A DNA stretch of 64,000 nucleotides from a virus: IMG/VR virus record IMGVR_UViG_3300023178_001963; one strand, 5' to 3'. The first letter of the stretch is position 1, and the number at the start of each line of letters is the position of its first letter. Shown here piece by piece: positions 9,482 to 19,132 of this stretch. The notes beneath the pieces were generated by a model. The model saw nothing but the letters and a program-made list of their open reading frames with translations. It did not search any database and was not told where the DNA came from. Made by a program: the position numbers and the translations under genes.

Positions 9482-10756
9482 ATGAAACACAGAACATATT
9501 GCACTTTCCCATTTGATAGTATTGCACCCAAGTCTTGGTACAAAGGAAAACCACACCGTATAACCCCATGCTGTAATATGAAAACTAATGATGATGACCC
9601 AATGGGAGTATCAGAACTGATATCAGAAGGCAAATCATTAAAAGATATATTTTTAAGTGAACAGTTTGACAATCTACGTTCCGATATTTTAAATGGTATT
9701 AAAAATGAAGCGTGTAACTATTGCTGGAACTTAGAAGACAAAACAGGACATAGTCCTCGTATTACTGCTATAGAGGCAATAGAGAAACCTATCGATACTA
9801 AACTCACTAGAATAGATTCTATGTTAGATGAAAATTGTAATTTACGTTGTCGTATGTGTTCTCCCAGTGTCAGTAACAGTCTAAGACAAGACTACAATAA
9901 GATATTAGAACTTGGCTTACCTTTACCAGAGTATTATAACATAAAAGAAGAAGAAAGTAAAGACGACACAAATGGAACACAAACTTTCTTTGGAATAGGT
10001 GAGCAATATGTAAACGAAATTATAGAATTGTCTGATGAAATAACAGAATTAAAATTTACCGGCGGTGAACCTACTACTAGTAAAATATTCTGGGATATCG
10101 TTGATAATATTAATCCAGAAAATATAAAACTACACCTTACAACAAACGGAACTAAGTTCAACAATAGATTGTTTGAAACAATTAATAAGTTCAATAAAAC
10201 TCACTTTACTATTTCAGTTGATGCGACCCGTAGTACATATGAATATATAAGATATCCATTTAGTTGGAGAAAATTAGAGAAGAACATTGAAGATTTATGT
10301 GAGAATACAGATCCAGAAAAATTAGAAATACACGTGTGTTCTGTTTTAACAATATATAATATGATTAATATTCGTAATCTAGTAGATTGGGTACACCAAC
10401 ATAACTGGTTTGCAGAGCATAAAATTACTTGGAAATGTATACCAGACCCTCATCCATATGAAAGCTGTTTAGATGTCAAATGGGCATCACAAGAGTTATT
10501 AGAAACTGCATGGATGAATATGTGTGTTGCCTTAGAAGATGCTAACTCATATACAAGACCAGCATTGCAAAAGACATGTGCGTATCTCAGAGATTGTATA
10601 GACGCTGAGATGGATGAAGAGATGGTGCTTAAAAAGCGGGCAAAACTAAAACTAGATACGCTAACACTAGATAAAGTAAGAGAACAAGATTACACTGAAA
10701 TGCTATATCCACAAATAGCAGATTTTATTTCAGATATTCAAATGAAGGATCAATAG
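9482..10756 (+). CDS. Radical SAM protein with N-terminal twitch-like Cys domain (inverted relative to neighbours)
   Basis: Start reassigned to ATG 9482 (MKHRTYCTFPF); PCC, CNYCW, CNLRCRMC, FTGGEPT, YIRYP. Confidence 0.9.
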   Translation: MKHRTYCTFPFDSIAPKSWYKGKPHRITPCCNMKTNDDDPMGVSELISEGKSLKDIFLSEQFDNLRSDILNGIKNEACNYCWNLEDKTGHSPRITAIEAIEKPIDTKLTRIDSMLDENCNLRCRMCSPSVSNSLRQDYNKILELGLPLPEYYNIKEEESKDDTNGTQTFFGIGEQYVNEIIELSDEITELKFTGGEPTTSKIFWDIVDNINPENIKLHLTTNGTKFNNRLFETINKFNKTHFTISVDATRSTYEYIRYPFSWRKLEKNIEDLCENTDPEKLEIHVCSVLTIYNMINIRNLVDWVHQHNWFAEHKITWKCIPDPHPYESCLDVKWASQELLETAWMNMCVALEDANSYTRPALQKTCAYLRDCIDAEMDEEMVLKKRAKLKLDTLTLDKVREQDYTEMLYPQIADFISDIQMKDQ

Positions 10757-11834
10757 ACCAAACATCGATGTTTCTTATTCGACCTATGTCTTCTGTATAC
10801 TTAATTAACTTTTTATGATATTTTACATCATAAGTTTTACCTGTTACAATTTTATAAAGTTCATCACACTTATCTTGTAAATTACTATAGTTGCTTCTTA
10901 TATAGTCTATACCTTCTACAGAACGCTCTCTGGCTCTCTCAGACATTGCCCTGGTACTAAAGTGTTTTGGGTTACTACATTCTAAAAATACTATTTTAGT
11001 TCTAGGCACACGTTCTTTAAATTCAGAGAACCATGGTGCCCAACTACTAAATGATATTAAATTATAAGGTTGTGTAACTATATTGATATTCATATCATCA
11101 CATAATTCTTCTTCGATAGCCGAGTCTATATTTGATTGTATAATATTCCAATCTGCAGGATAACGTATAAATTCAACAATAGGACCAGACGCATCTAAAC
11201 TTAGTGTAACACATAATCTTTTAAATAATGGTTTATATTTGCGTAAGAACGGTAACATGCGTGTAGCATTTGTTGTAACCCACAATTCAACATTACTAGC
11301 GTCATGTTCTGCTATAAAGCTATCTAAAAATTCTATACATTTTGGATCAATTGTAGGTTCACCACCTGCAACTTTAAGAACTCTTAATTTTCCTAAATCT
11401 GCTACTGGAACATTCACTGTACTATTTTGATATCCCGGTGAAACGTCTTTGAAATACTCTTCCATTTCTGGATTAGTTTTAATAAAACTTTCTATCTTAC
11501 TACTGTCTAATGGTGAACACATATTACATTGTAGATTACAATAATTACTTGTGCGTATATCCGCATATACTGGCATAAAACTGTGACCATCCCAATCACT
11601 TGCGAATGATTCACGGTATCGATCAAAACTTTTTCTTAGTGTACTCTTACCATAACGTTCACGTTCCCAACATGTTTCACAGTTAGGCGTTTGTTCTTGT
11701 TCTTCTATATCCTGTACAGCGTCTTTATAATCATACTCCATTGGATCATATGTTGTTCTATATTGACAACACGGAGAGATACGATTATTATTAGTACGAT
11801 AGAATATACCTATATATGGCGCGGCACATTTCAT
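10725..11834 (-). CDS. Radical SAM protein with N-terminal twitch-like Cys domain
   Basis: MKCAAPY...PCC...CETCW; CNLQCNMC; AGGEPT; FIRYP. Confidence 0.92.
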   Translation of the reverse strand: MKCAAPYIGIFYRTNNNRISPCCQYRTTYDPMEYDYKDAVQDIEEQEQTPNCETCWERERYGKSTLRKSFDRYRESFASDWDGHSFMPVYADIRTSNYCNLQCNMCSPLDSSKIESFIKTNPEMEEYFKDVSPGYQNSTVNVPVADLGKLRVLKVAGGEPTIDPKCIEFLDSFIAEHDASNVELWVTTNATRMLPFLRKYKPLFKRLCVTLSLDASGPIVEFIRYPADWNIIQSNIDSAIEEELCDDMNINIVTQPYNLISFSSWAPWFSEFKERVPRTKIVFLECSNPKHFSTRAMSERARERSVEGIDYIRSNYSNLQDKCDELYKIVTGKTYDVKYHKKLIKYTEDIGRIRNIDVWSIDPSFEYLK

Positions 11835-12547
11835 ACTAGACCTCTAGGTTTTAAAAAATCCTTTTCGATCCAATCTGCTACTCGTAAACAACCTTCTACT
11901 GTAAAGTGACTAGCTGAATCAGCAGAATATTTTTTAAAGTCATCACCAAACATTGTTTCTATACAATGTATTGGCTCTGCACTGTTATATTGATGTTCTG
12001 CTCCGCTTACACTGTCTTTGTGTTCAAAGCATAAATCTACTTCACGGTTAATTCTATCTGCTAGTGGTTGAAAATTAATCTTATGCTGATGACTATTTAC
12101 ATTTTCAAAATATGATTGTACCCATTCTATATAATCAGGAGCGATACCAGGTAAGTTTGTTAAGTCTTTTGGTCTATTACCCGTAAATATACCATGAGTA
12201 GTTAACCAGGCGCTACTAGCAAATACACAATCTTTTTCTAATAAATCGTTATCAAAGAATGTATAGTTATCTGAACGTTTTACAGTATACTTTTTCCAGT
12301 CAAACACTTCTGGCCATAAAGTAATTCTGAATGGAGTAGTAAGTTGAAATATCACAGCGTCTGGATTCATTTCTTGTAATAATATACTGTATAAGAAATA
12401 TTGAAATTGTACACTACTACCGCCTTTACTCAAATCTATAAAATTTAAGTGTGGATGTCTTTTGCTTAGTTGCCAACTCCAGCTTTCTTCGTATGGAGCT
12501 TTAAACCCTTGTGTGTAGCTACAGCCAAAAACTAATATATCAGGCAT
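11831..12547 (-). CDS. SGNH/GDSL-like hydrolase or acyltransferase
   Basis: ILVFGCSYTQG (block I variant), LSKGGSS (block II), IFQLT, C-terminal SHF. Confidence 0.6.
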   Translation of the reverse strand: MPDILVFGCSYTQGFKAPYEESWSWQLSKRHPHLNFIDLSKGGSSVQFQYFLYSILLQEMNPDAVIFQLTTPFRITLWPEVFDWKKYTVKRSDNYTFFDNDLLEKDCVFASSAWLTTHGIFTGNRPKDLTNLPGIAPDYIEWVQSYFENVNSHQHKINFQPLADRINREVDLCFEHKDSVSGAEHQYNSAEPIHCIETMFGDDFKKYSADSASHFTVEGCLRVADWIEKDFLKPRGLV

Positions 12548-13634
12548 AATTTATCTCATTATGATACGCACGATTTTTGGCACAAGTTCTAATACAACGA
12601 CTAATATGTTTATTATGTCTTGGATCAAAACTGTCTGCTAGTGTCTGTAGATAGTAATCAGTGTTTAATACTTCTTCAATACTATGTTTATTTAAATCGT
12701 TCCAACCTTCAGGGAAAGAACTATACTTATCTAGTATACCATCTTTATTTTTAAAAGCACTATCCCACAAGAAACAACAAGGCCATAGAGTACTATTAGC
12801 ACTTACAAATATTTCTTTATCATGGTAAAACTTACAGTTAATACTATCAACAACTTCTTTTAGTTTTTGTTCATCTATACTCTTTGGTTCTTCTGTATAC
12901 GCTTCAATAAATTTGTCAAGTTCTTTTACAACAGCCACTTTACTGTGTTCTTTAGCACCAGTAGTCGTAATTGTCTTTTCTTCTGTAACAACTTTCTTTT
13001 TTTCATGGTCTTTCTTTTTAATTTTTGCAACCCAATCATGGTAAGTATTTCTCATACCTGTACGAGTGGCAAATCTAAAGTCAAGTTCTTCAGCACGTTT
13101 CTTTGCTGCTTCTACTTCATGTTCATTGTGGTCAAATACGATATAGATCCAACTAGCTTCAGCACGACCACCCGTACTGTGTCCACCATCGCTATATGCC
13201 TGCATATTTCTATCTATAACATCGTAGACTGTATTGACACGATAGATGTAATTTGTTTCCATTCCGTCTACACAGAAATGAACCTTAAGCCTGTCTCGGT
13301 CATACGTACCACCTAGCACACCTAGCTCATACCACCAGTCTGCGCTATTACGCCCACCGTTTGTAGAATAGTGTACATAACCGCCATTTTCTAATAACCA
13401 TTTAGTTATAGCCATACAATCTGGGTTTACAATAGGATCACCCAATACACCGCACAATTTAAATATCTTGTTTTCAATATGTCTACGATCTGGAAACCAA
13501 GTTTTAATTTGTTCAATTGACAGATTTCGCGGTTGTAATATATCTAAGTTTTGTGTTCTAGCACAACCCGGACATGCTGCGTTACAGTCACTAGTAATCT
13601 CTAACTCAACTCTTTTTATTTCATCTATATTCAT
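12540..13634 (-). CDS. Radical SAM protein with C-terminal SPASM/twitch-like domain
   Basis: ELEITSDCNAACPGCAR; CGVLGDP; WIYIVFDHNEHE; C...WPCC...CIRTC. Confidence 0.92.
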   Translation of the reverse strand: MNIDEIKRVELEITSDCNAACPGCARTQNLDILQPRNLSIEQIKTWFPDRRHIENKIFKLCGVLGDPIVNPDCMAITKWLLENGGYVHYSTNGGRNSADWWYELGVLGGTYDRDRLKVHFCVDGMETNYIYRVNTVYDVIDRNMQAYSDGGHSTGGRAEASWIYIVFDHNEHEVEAAKKRAEELDFRFATRTGMRNTYHDWVAKIKKKDHEKKKVVTEEKTITTTGAKEHSKVAVVKELDKFIEAYTEEPKSIDEQKLKEVVDSINCKFYHDKEIFVSANSTLWPCCFLWDSAFKNKDGILDKYSSFPEGWNDLNKHSIEEVLNTDYYLQTLADSFDPRHNKHISRCIRTCAKNRAYHNEINYA

Positions 13635-13659
13635 TGTATTATATACTCACTTAATTATG

Positions 13660-13673
13660 ATAAATATATTTAT
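13660..13673. promoter_or_regulatory. Perfect palindrome ATAAATATATTTAT, a bidirectional late-promoter-like site
   Basis: Two ATAAATA motifs on opposite strands, between divergent radical SAM genes; the last two bases overlap the plus-strand ATG. Confidence 0.55.
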
Positions 13674-14997
13674 GCAAAAGTCAATTGATAAAAGATACGA
13701 ACAGCACGTAGAAGTAACAAAAAAGTACGGTAGTAATTTTTGTGCTAGTCCTTGGAATAGTTTCCACGAGGGACCACAAGGATTGGTTAGTACATGCTGT
13801 AAATCAAGGGTTCCAATAGGTTGGAGTACAAAAGAGACATTTGAAGAAATGTACAATAGTGACCACGCTAAAAGTGTACGTGCTGCATTCTTACAAAACA
13901 AAAGACATCCACAATGCAAAGCATGTTGGTTACAAGAACAAAAAGGCGATCCAGCTCTTAACAGAATAATGGGCAATGCTAACGCAGAGTTAGATGATTT
14001 AGAAACTCTAATTAATGCGACAGATGAGGATGGCACACTACATGAGCATAAGCCGTATTGGTTAGATTTTTTATGGACAAATAAATGTAACTTTGCGTGT
14101 TTAGGTTGTACACCGGAACTTAGTACTACTATTAACAACAACTACAAAAAAGAATTTGCTATCTTAAACGGTAATGATCCAGAAAACTATTTTAGTCATA
14201 TGGACAATTGGAAAAATGACGGTAAAAAGAAAGTACAGTATGTACTGGATCATGCTGATACTATAAAAGATATACACTTAAATGGCGGTGAACCATGGTT
14301 AGCTGAAGAAACATATGAATTATTGGATGCTCTTCTAAAACGTGGACTACACAAGAAAATATTCATATGGAGTCATACAAACGGTAGTATTACAAAAAGC
14401 TACAAAGGTGTTGATATTATTTCAGAATACTTAGTACATTGGGGCGATAACGCCAAAGTTATAATGAGTAGTGATGGCCACGGAGAAAAGGGTGAATATA
14501 TTCGTTGGGGATATAAAGACAATAAATGGTTAGAAACCTATAATAAAGTCCGTGATGCAGGTTTAGTACTCAATATACAAACATGTTGGAATGTATATAA
14601 TGCTCTTACAATAGATGAATTAGGCGAATGGTATATAGATAATTGCCCACCAGACGATAATGAAAATAGACTTAAAATTGTTGATGGTAGTTTAACTATA
14701 TGGAATAACTTAACAACATCACCCGACATGCTTTTATACATTCCTGAATTGGCAGAGAAGGCAAAGGATGCCGCCGAAAGATCATTGAAATCAGGTAAAC
14801 ATCCATCATCATGGAAGTATACATTGCCTAGATGGATTGATTGGCTTAATAAAGATGACCCCGAACACACAACTAATACAAAAAATCTTAAATCTTGGTA
14901 TGATGGTACAGTATTAATAGATAATAAACGTAGAACAGATTTGTGTAAAACATTCCCTGAATTAACTCCGCTTTATGATAAAGCAAAGTCTATTTAA
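13672..14997 (+). CDS. Radical SAM protein with N-terminal twitch-like Cys domain (inverted relative to neighbours)
   Basis: Start reassigned to ATG 13672 (MQKSIDKRY); FCASPW...TCC...CKACW; CNFACLGC; LNGGEP; YIRWG. Confidence 0.9.
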   Translation: MQKSIDKRYEQHVEVTKKYGSNFCASPWNSFHEGPQGLVSTCCKSRVPIGWSTKETFEEMYNSDHAKSVRAAFLQNKRHPQCKACWLQEQKGDPALNRIMGNANAELDDLETLINATDEDGTLHEHKPYWLDFLWTNKCNFACLGCTPELSTTINNNYKKEFAILNGNDPENYFSHMDNWKNDGKKKVQYVLDHADTIKDIHLNGGEPWLAEETYELLDALLKRGLHKKIFIWSHTNGSITKSYKGVDIISEYLVHWGDNAKVIMSSDGHGEKGEYIRWGYKDNKWLETYNKVRDAGLVLNIQTCWNVYNALTIDELGEWYIDNCPPDDNENRLKIVDGSLTIWNNLTTSPDMLLYIPELAEKAKDAAERSLKSGKHPSSWKYTLPRWIDWLNKDDPEHTTNTKNLKSWYDGTVLIDNKRRTDLCKTFPELTPLYDKAKSI

Positions 14998-16075
14998 ATT
15001 GCTCACCAAATGGATCAAATTCACTTCCACATTTCATAGAACATACACCCAGTTTACCATCTGATAAGCTGGGTTTATTCCAACTGTCTACGATACCATC
15101 AAGTAATTTACCGTTCATTACTTCTTCTATAGAATTATCTAGTAAACTGATAGCATCTTTACCTCCAGATGCATCAATATGATCCCAAATTTGTTCTACA
15201 CGATAGTCTTTATGCCACCACTTGTACATACGCCCAGCAGTCCAACAACAAGGCATCAGTAAGCCTTCCGCAGTGACAAAGATTTCTTTCTTTTCAATTG
15301 CTTTACAATTTATACTACACTTATCATAGTAATCACGCATACTGCCGTATGACTTTTCTATTTCTTTTTGTTTTAGAAGTGCTAGATTCTGATTTTCTTC
15401 GCTAGTAGGTTTTTTGATTTCAGTAGTTTTTTCACCTTTACGATTTTGTGCTTGATGTGAATCTTTTTGTGTTTCACCACTTGCTACAATAAATCTACCA
15501 GACTTTTTCTTTTGAAATCTTTCACATCCCCACTCATTAGCAAGTGCTTCAGCTTCTTCTACTTGATGTTCATTGTGAGCAAATATTATATAGTCCCATC
15601 TTGCTCTACCTCCGGCGTCTATGAACGCCTTCATGTTGCGTTCTACGTTAGGCCAGACAACATTCTGCCTGTATAGATGATTAGTGTCACTAAGACCATC
15701 CACGCTGAAAATAACAGTGCCCATTCTACCAAAGACTTGGGCAAGTTCACGCCACCACGTTTCATCTTTTGCTCCTGCATTTGTATTCATTGAGAGCCAC
15801 ATGTCTTTGTTGTGTTCTCTAAAGTATTTAAATATTTCAAGTGTATCTCTAGCAACAATAGGATCTCCTAAGTTGCCACACATATACATAGTATCTAATT
15901 GTTGAATAAATTCAATTGGAAAAATACGCTTACAATCTTCTAAACTTAGTTCAGCATTAGTGATGTGTTTATTATCAGGTCCGCCGTTTTCGTTACGGTC
16001 ACACATAGGACATGCTGCTTGACAACGTTGTGTAACTTCTAAGTGTACCATTTTTATATCATCATAGTTATACAT
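14990..16075 (-). CDS. Radical SAM protein with C-terminal SPASM/twitch-like domain
   Basis: HLEVTQRCQAACPMCDR; CGNLGDP; WDYIIFAHNEHQ; C...MPCC...CSMKC. Confidence 0.93.
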   Translation of the reverse strand: MYNYDDIKMVHLEVTQRCQAACPMCDRNENGGPDNKHITNAELSLEDCKRIFPIEFIQQLDTMYMCGNLGDPIVARDTLEIFKYFREHNKDMWLSMNTNAGAKDETWWRELAQVFGRMGTVIFSVDGLSDTNHLYRQNVVWPNVERNMKAFIDAGGRARWDYIIFAHNEHQVEEAEALANEWGCERFQKKKSGRFIVASGETQKDSHQAQNRKGEKTTEIKKPTSEENQNLALLKQKEIEKSYGSMRDYYDKCSINCKAIEKKEIFVTAEGLLMPCCWTAGRMYKWWHKDYRVEQIWDHIDASGGKDAISLLDNSIEEVMNGKLLDGIVDSWNKPSLSDGKLGVCSMKCGSEFDPFGEQFK

Positions 16076-16884
16076 TATGTTAATACTTTCATTATATCAT
16101 CTACTAAGTAATTATCAATTATATTTTTCTGACCGGTAATACCTAAATGACAACCATCATCTGTCCAATGGTTATCTAATATTCCTTCTTTTTTTACAGA
16201 AAAATCAAAAGTATCAAGTGTTTCACAATCATCATATCCAAACCATTCAAAGATTTTAAAAGGCACTTTACTTTTTTCTAATAACTTACGAGAATATAAT
16301 AATAACGATAAATTAGATTGTACAGAATACCAATTTCCGATGTCTCCGACATGACATGACATATATTCTGAATATGTTTCTGTCACCCATTTAAGCAAAT
16401 TATTATTGTTTTCAATCATGTGATATATCATTCCTGCATTTAGCCAAACACCGCCCAAATCTTTATCTATTTTTCCGAAAACATCTTCACCGTTATTTTT
16501 TCCTCTTAGTGTAAAGTAGTTTCTTTTAGTTCTATCATCTCCCCTAGTAAGATTTTCATCAATTATCATTCCAATATTAGATATTGCATACATAAACTTT
16601 TCAATATCTGTTATTAAACCAATTCTATTTGGTACAGTTGCTTGAAAAACTACATAATCTACTCTTTCGTGTTTTAGATGTTGTTCTATCATCATACACT
16701 GTGTAGGTACACTATTACAGAAAAAAGATGTATCATATATATTAAAATCTTTTAATCCTCTTTCTGTCAATGTATCATACAACAAATGACCAAATCTCAA
16801 GTCTAATATATTTGGATCTAGTTCATCGTCTGAATATACTCCTCTAATAAAACTACATCCAACGAGTAGTATATTTTTATTCAT
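16075..16884 (-). CDS. SGNH/GDSL-like hydrolase or acyltransferase
   Basis: ILLVGCSFIRG; VVFQAT; C-terminal DDGCH (DxxH). Confidence 0.55.
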   Translation of the reverse strand: MNKNILLVGCSFIRGVYSDDELDPNILDLRFGHLLYDTLTERGLKDFNIYDTSFFCNSVPTQCMMIEQHLKHERVDYVVFQATVPNRIGLITDIEKFMYAISNIGMIIDENLTRGDDRTKRNYFTLRGKNNGEDVFGKIDKDLGGVWLNAGMIYHMIENNNNLLKWVTETYSEYMSCHVGDIGNWYSVQSNLSLLLYSRKLLEKSKVPFKIFEWFGYDDCETLDTFDFSVKKEGILDNHWTDDGCHLGITGQKNIIDNYLVDDIMKVLT

Positions 16885-18191
16885 TACTTGTAACCTATTT
16901 TCATAAATCTCTTATATTGTGGTAATACTAATTCACCTTCGAATAGAGTTTCTTTCATTTTTACGCTTTTACTAAACTGCTTTAGTGTTTTAAAAGAATT
17001 TACATGTTCTTCAATATCTACAAAATTATTATTCTGAAGTATAATTAATTTTCCATCTGGTATATTATTATACCATTCATCAAAGTTTTCAATATGTTCA
17101 CTACTTGTGTTAATTATAGTATCAGGATTGTCTTTAAGTTTTACAACAGCATCATTTGCAATCGTTTCATAATACATATTACCGATAGAACCGTCGCTAG
17201 GTGCTGGGTTTTTTGACCATTTGAATTTCATAATATCTAATGTACTTGCCTTAAAACGCCAATCTTCTAATAACCATTTCTTATTAAATGTCTCTGCTAT
17301 GTTAGCACAAGTAGGATCAATATCAAAACTTCTTATCTTTTCAATCTTAATTCCGCTTTCAAATAACATTGTAGCAAGCGTACCATACCATCCTGCGCAT
17401 AGGAATACTATTCCTAAATCTACATCTAATTTAGAAACTTCTTCAACTAACCACATCTTACTTTTTATCTGACCTCTACTCAAACAATCAGTATTGATTT
17501 CTATATCATTCAAATAAAAATATTTTAAAGCATCCACAAATTGTACGTCTTTATATCTTTTGATAATATCCCACAATTTGTTGGTATTATCTTCTAAAAG
17601 TAATTTACGCAAATCATGGTCTTCTAATAATCTAAAGACACTATGTAAGTTTTTTTCTAATACTGCTTTTCTTAAATCATCTGTTTTTCTATCATCAGTA
17701 TCTACAAATCTAAAAATACTATGTACATTCTTATCACACACGCTGTTTTTTAAACCAGAATAATAGTCAGGTAATAATCTAAACAAACTATATAAATTGT
17801 CCTCTGCCACCGCCTTTTTTAAATCTTCTAGTTTATTATAATGTTTTTCTTCTTCTAATAGTCTGAAAATACTTCTTATATTTTTTTCAATAACTGCTTT
17901 TCTAAGTTCATCGAACTGCGCAGGTAATAGTCTAAAAATACTGTGTCTATTTTCTTCTACAACTGCTTTACGCAGGTCATCATAATCATCTGGAAGTAAT
18001 CTAAAAATACTATGCAGATTTTCTTCAATAACAGCTTTGCGCAATTCGTCTGCATATAAGTTAGTTTTTTCTAATAGTTTGAATATACTAGACATATCTT
18101 TATCAATATATGCCCGTCTAAGTAGAGGAAATTCTTCTACTTCAGGATATAGTATTTCAAATCTATCTAATAATTCAAAAGTTTCTAACAT
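16884..18191 (-). CDS. Class I SAM-dependent methyltransferase-like protein with N-terminal helical tandem repeats
   Basis: About 8 repeats of LRKAVxExNxHSIFRLL, then FLCAGWYG (motif I-like), IRSFDIDP (acidic motif II) and INTSSEH. Confidence 0.65.
   Translation of the reverse strand: MLETFELLDRFEILYPEVEEFPLLRRAYIDKDMSSIFKLLEKTNLYADELRKAVIEENLHSIFRLLPDDYDDLRKAVVEENRHSIFRLLPAQFDELRKAVIEKNIRSIFRLLEEEKHYNKLEDLKKAVAEDNLYSLFRLLPDYYSGLKNSVCDKNVHSIFRFVDTDDRKTDDLRKAVLEKNLHSVFRLLEDHDLRKLLLEDNTNKLWDIIKRYKDVQFVDALKYFYLNDIEINTDCLSRGQIKSKMWLVEEVSKLDVDLGIVFLCAGWYGTLATMLFESGIKIEKIRSFDIDPTCANIAETFNKKWLLEDWRFKASTLDIMKFKWSKNPAPSDGSIGNMYYETIANDAVVKLKDNPDTIINTSSEHIENFDEWYNNIPDGKLIILQNNNFVDIEEHVNSFKTLKQFSKSVKMKETLFEGELVLPQYKRFMKIGYK
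17560..18122 (-). repeat. Coding tandem repeat, ~8 x 20-28 aa (D/E-LRKAV-x-E-x-N-x-HSIFRLL)
   Basis: Directly visible in the translation; boundaries approximate. Confidence 0.85.
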
Positions 18192-19132
18192 TATTTGTAT
18201 CCTATTTTCATAAAGTAATATTTTTTATCGACTTGTATAACACCAGTATATACTTCGTAGTTCATTTCAAACTTACGATTGAATGCTTGTGAGCTGGAGA
18301 ATGGTCTTGGTACATCACCAGTTTCACCGACTACAACTACTCTGCGCATATCTGGTATCATATCCCACCATGCTTCATATTTTTCTAAGTAACTAATATT
18401 AGGATTGATCAAAGTTCCAGGTATTTCTTTGAATGGGTTAGATATAGTACCGTCTGGAAGAACAGTAGAGAATACATTTTCATCATAACCAATATTAAAT
18501 ATATCTTGTGTTGTTGCCTTAAATCTCCAATCTTGTAATAATTCATTTGACATCATTTCATCAGCCAAAAACTGTCCAGATCCGTGAATATCAAAAGAAC
18601 GAATATTTTCAAACCTAAGTTTCGTGTCTAGCATCATGGCACCCAGTAACCCCATGCCGCCGCCTAATAGATACACAGTACCGATATACTTTTCTCCAAA
18701 TGAATGGAACAAATGTTGAATAATCCATGTGTTAATTCTAGCACTTTCTTTTGTTAAGAAAGAACCCATATCGACATTGGGGAAGTGATAGATAATCTTT
18801 TTTAATCTATCCGAAAGATTATCTTTATCTTGTGGCGTATAATAAGTTAAAAAGTCCATAGCACTACGATAGTTACCTAATTGTTGAGCAACATTAACTT
18901 GTGAATACTGTTCTACCATTTCTTGGTAATTATAATGTTCTAAAAGCGGAGTACCGATAACTTCAGGAAAATTTTCTGCTATAGTTATTGTAGCTCCTGC
19001 TGCTGCACTCTCTGTTTCATCTTCTATAGTAAGCGTTGGATCTACTCCTACACTATCATATAGGTCTTGATTTGATTTGACTGATGTTTTTCTACGTCTG
19101 TTTTTATCAATCATTCTAATTTTTTTAACCAT
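18191..19132 (-). CDS. Methyltransferase-like protein, paralog of the downstream gene
   Basis: YLLGGGMG, IRSFDIHG, DWRFKATT; both paralogs end in FMKIGYK. Confidence 0.6.
   Translation of the reverse strand: MVKKIRMIDKNRRRKTSVKSNQDLYDSVGVDPTLTIEDETESAAAGATITIAENFPEVIGTPLLEHYNYQEMVEQYSQVNVAQQLGNYRSAMDFLTYYTPQDKDNLSDRLKKIIYHFPNVDMGSFLTKESARINTWIIQHLFHSFGEKYIGTVYLLGGGMGLLGAMMLDTKLRFENIRSFDIHGSGQFLADEMMSNELLQDWRFKATTQDIFNIGYDENVFSTVLPDGTISNPFKEIPGTLINPNISYLEKYEAWWDMIPDMRRVVVVGETGDVPRPFSSSQAFNRKFEMNYEVYTGVIQVDKKYYFMKIGYK

Noticed and set aside
9194-9672. ORF-track N-terminal extensions making 8074..9672(-) and 9194..10756(+) overlap by ~480 bp
   Set aside because: Paralog-like N-termini begin at 9441 and 9482; the extensions are antisense read-through of the opposite gene.
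13468-13671. Extended start of the plus-strand radical SAM gene overlapping 12540..13634
   Set aside because: ATG 13672 follows the promoter-like palindrome and removes the overlap; the extension has no family features.
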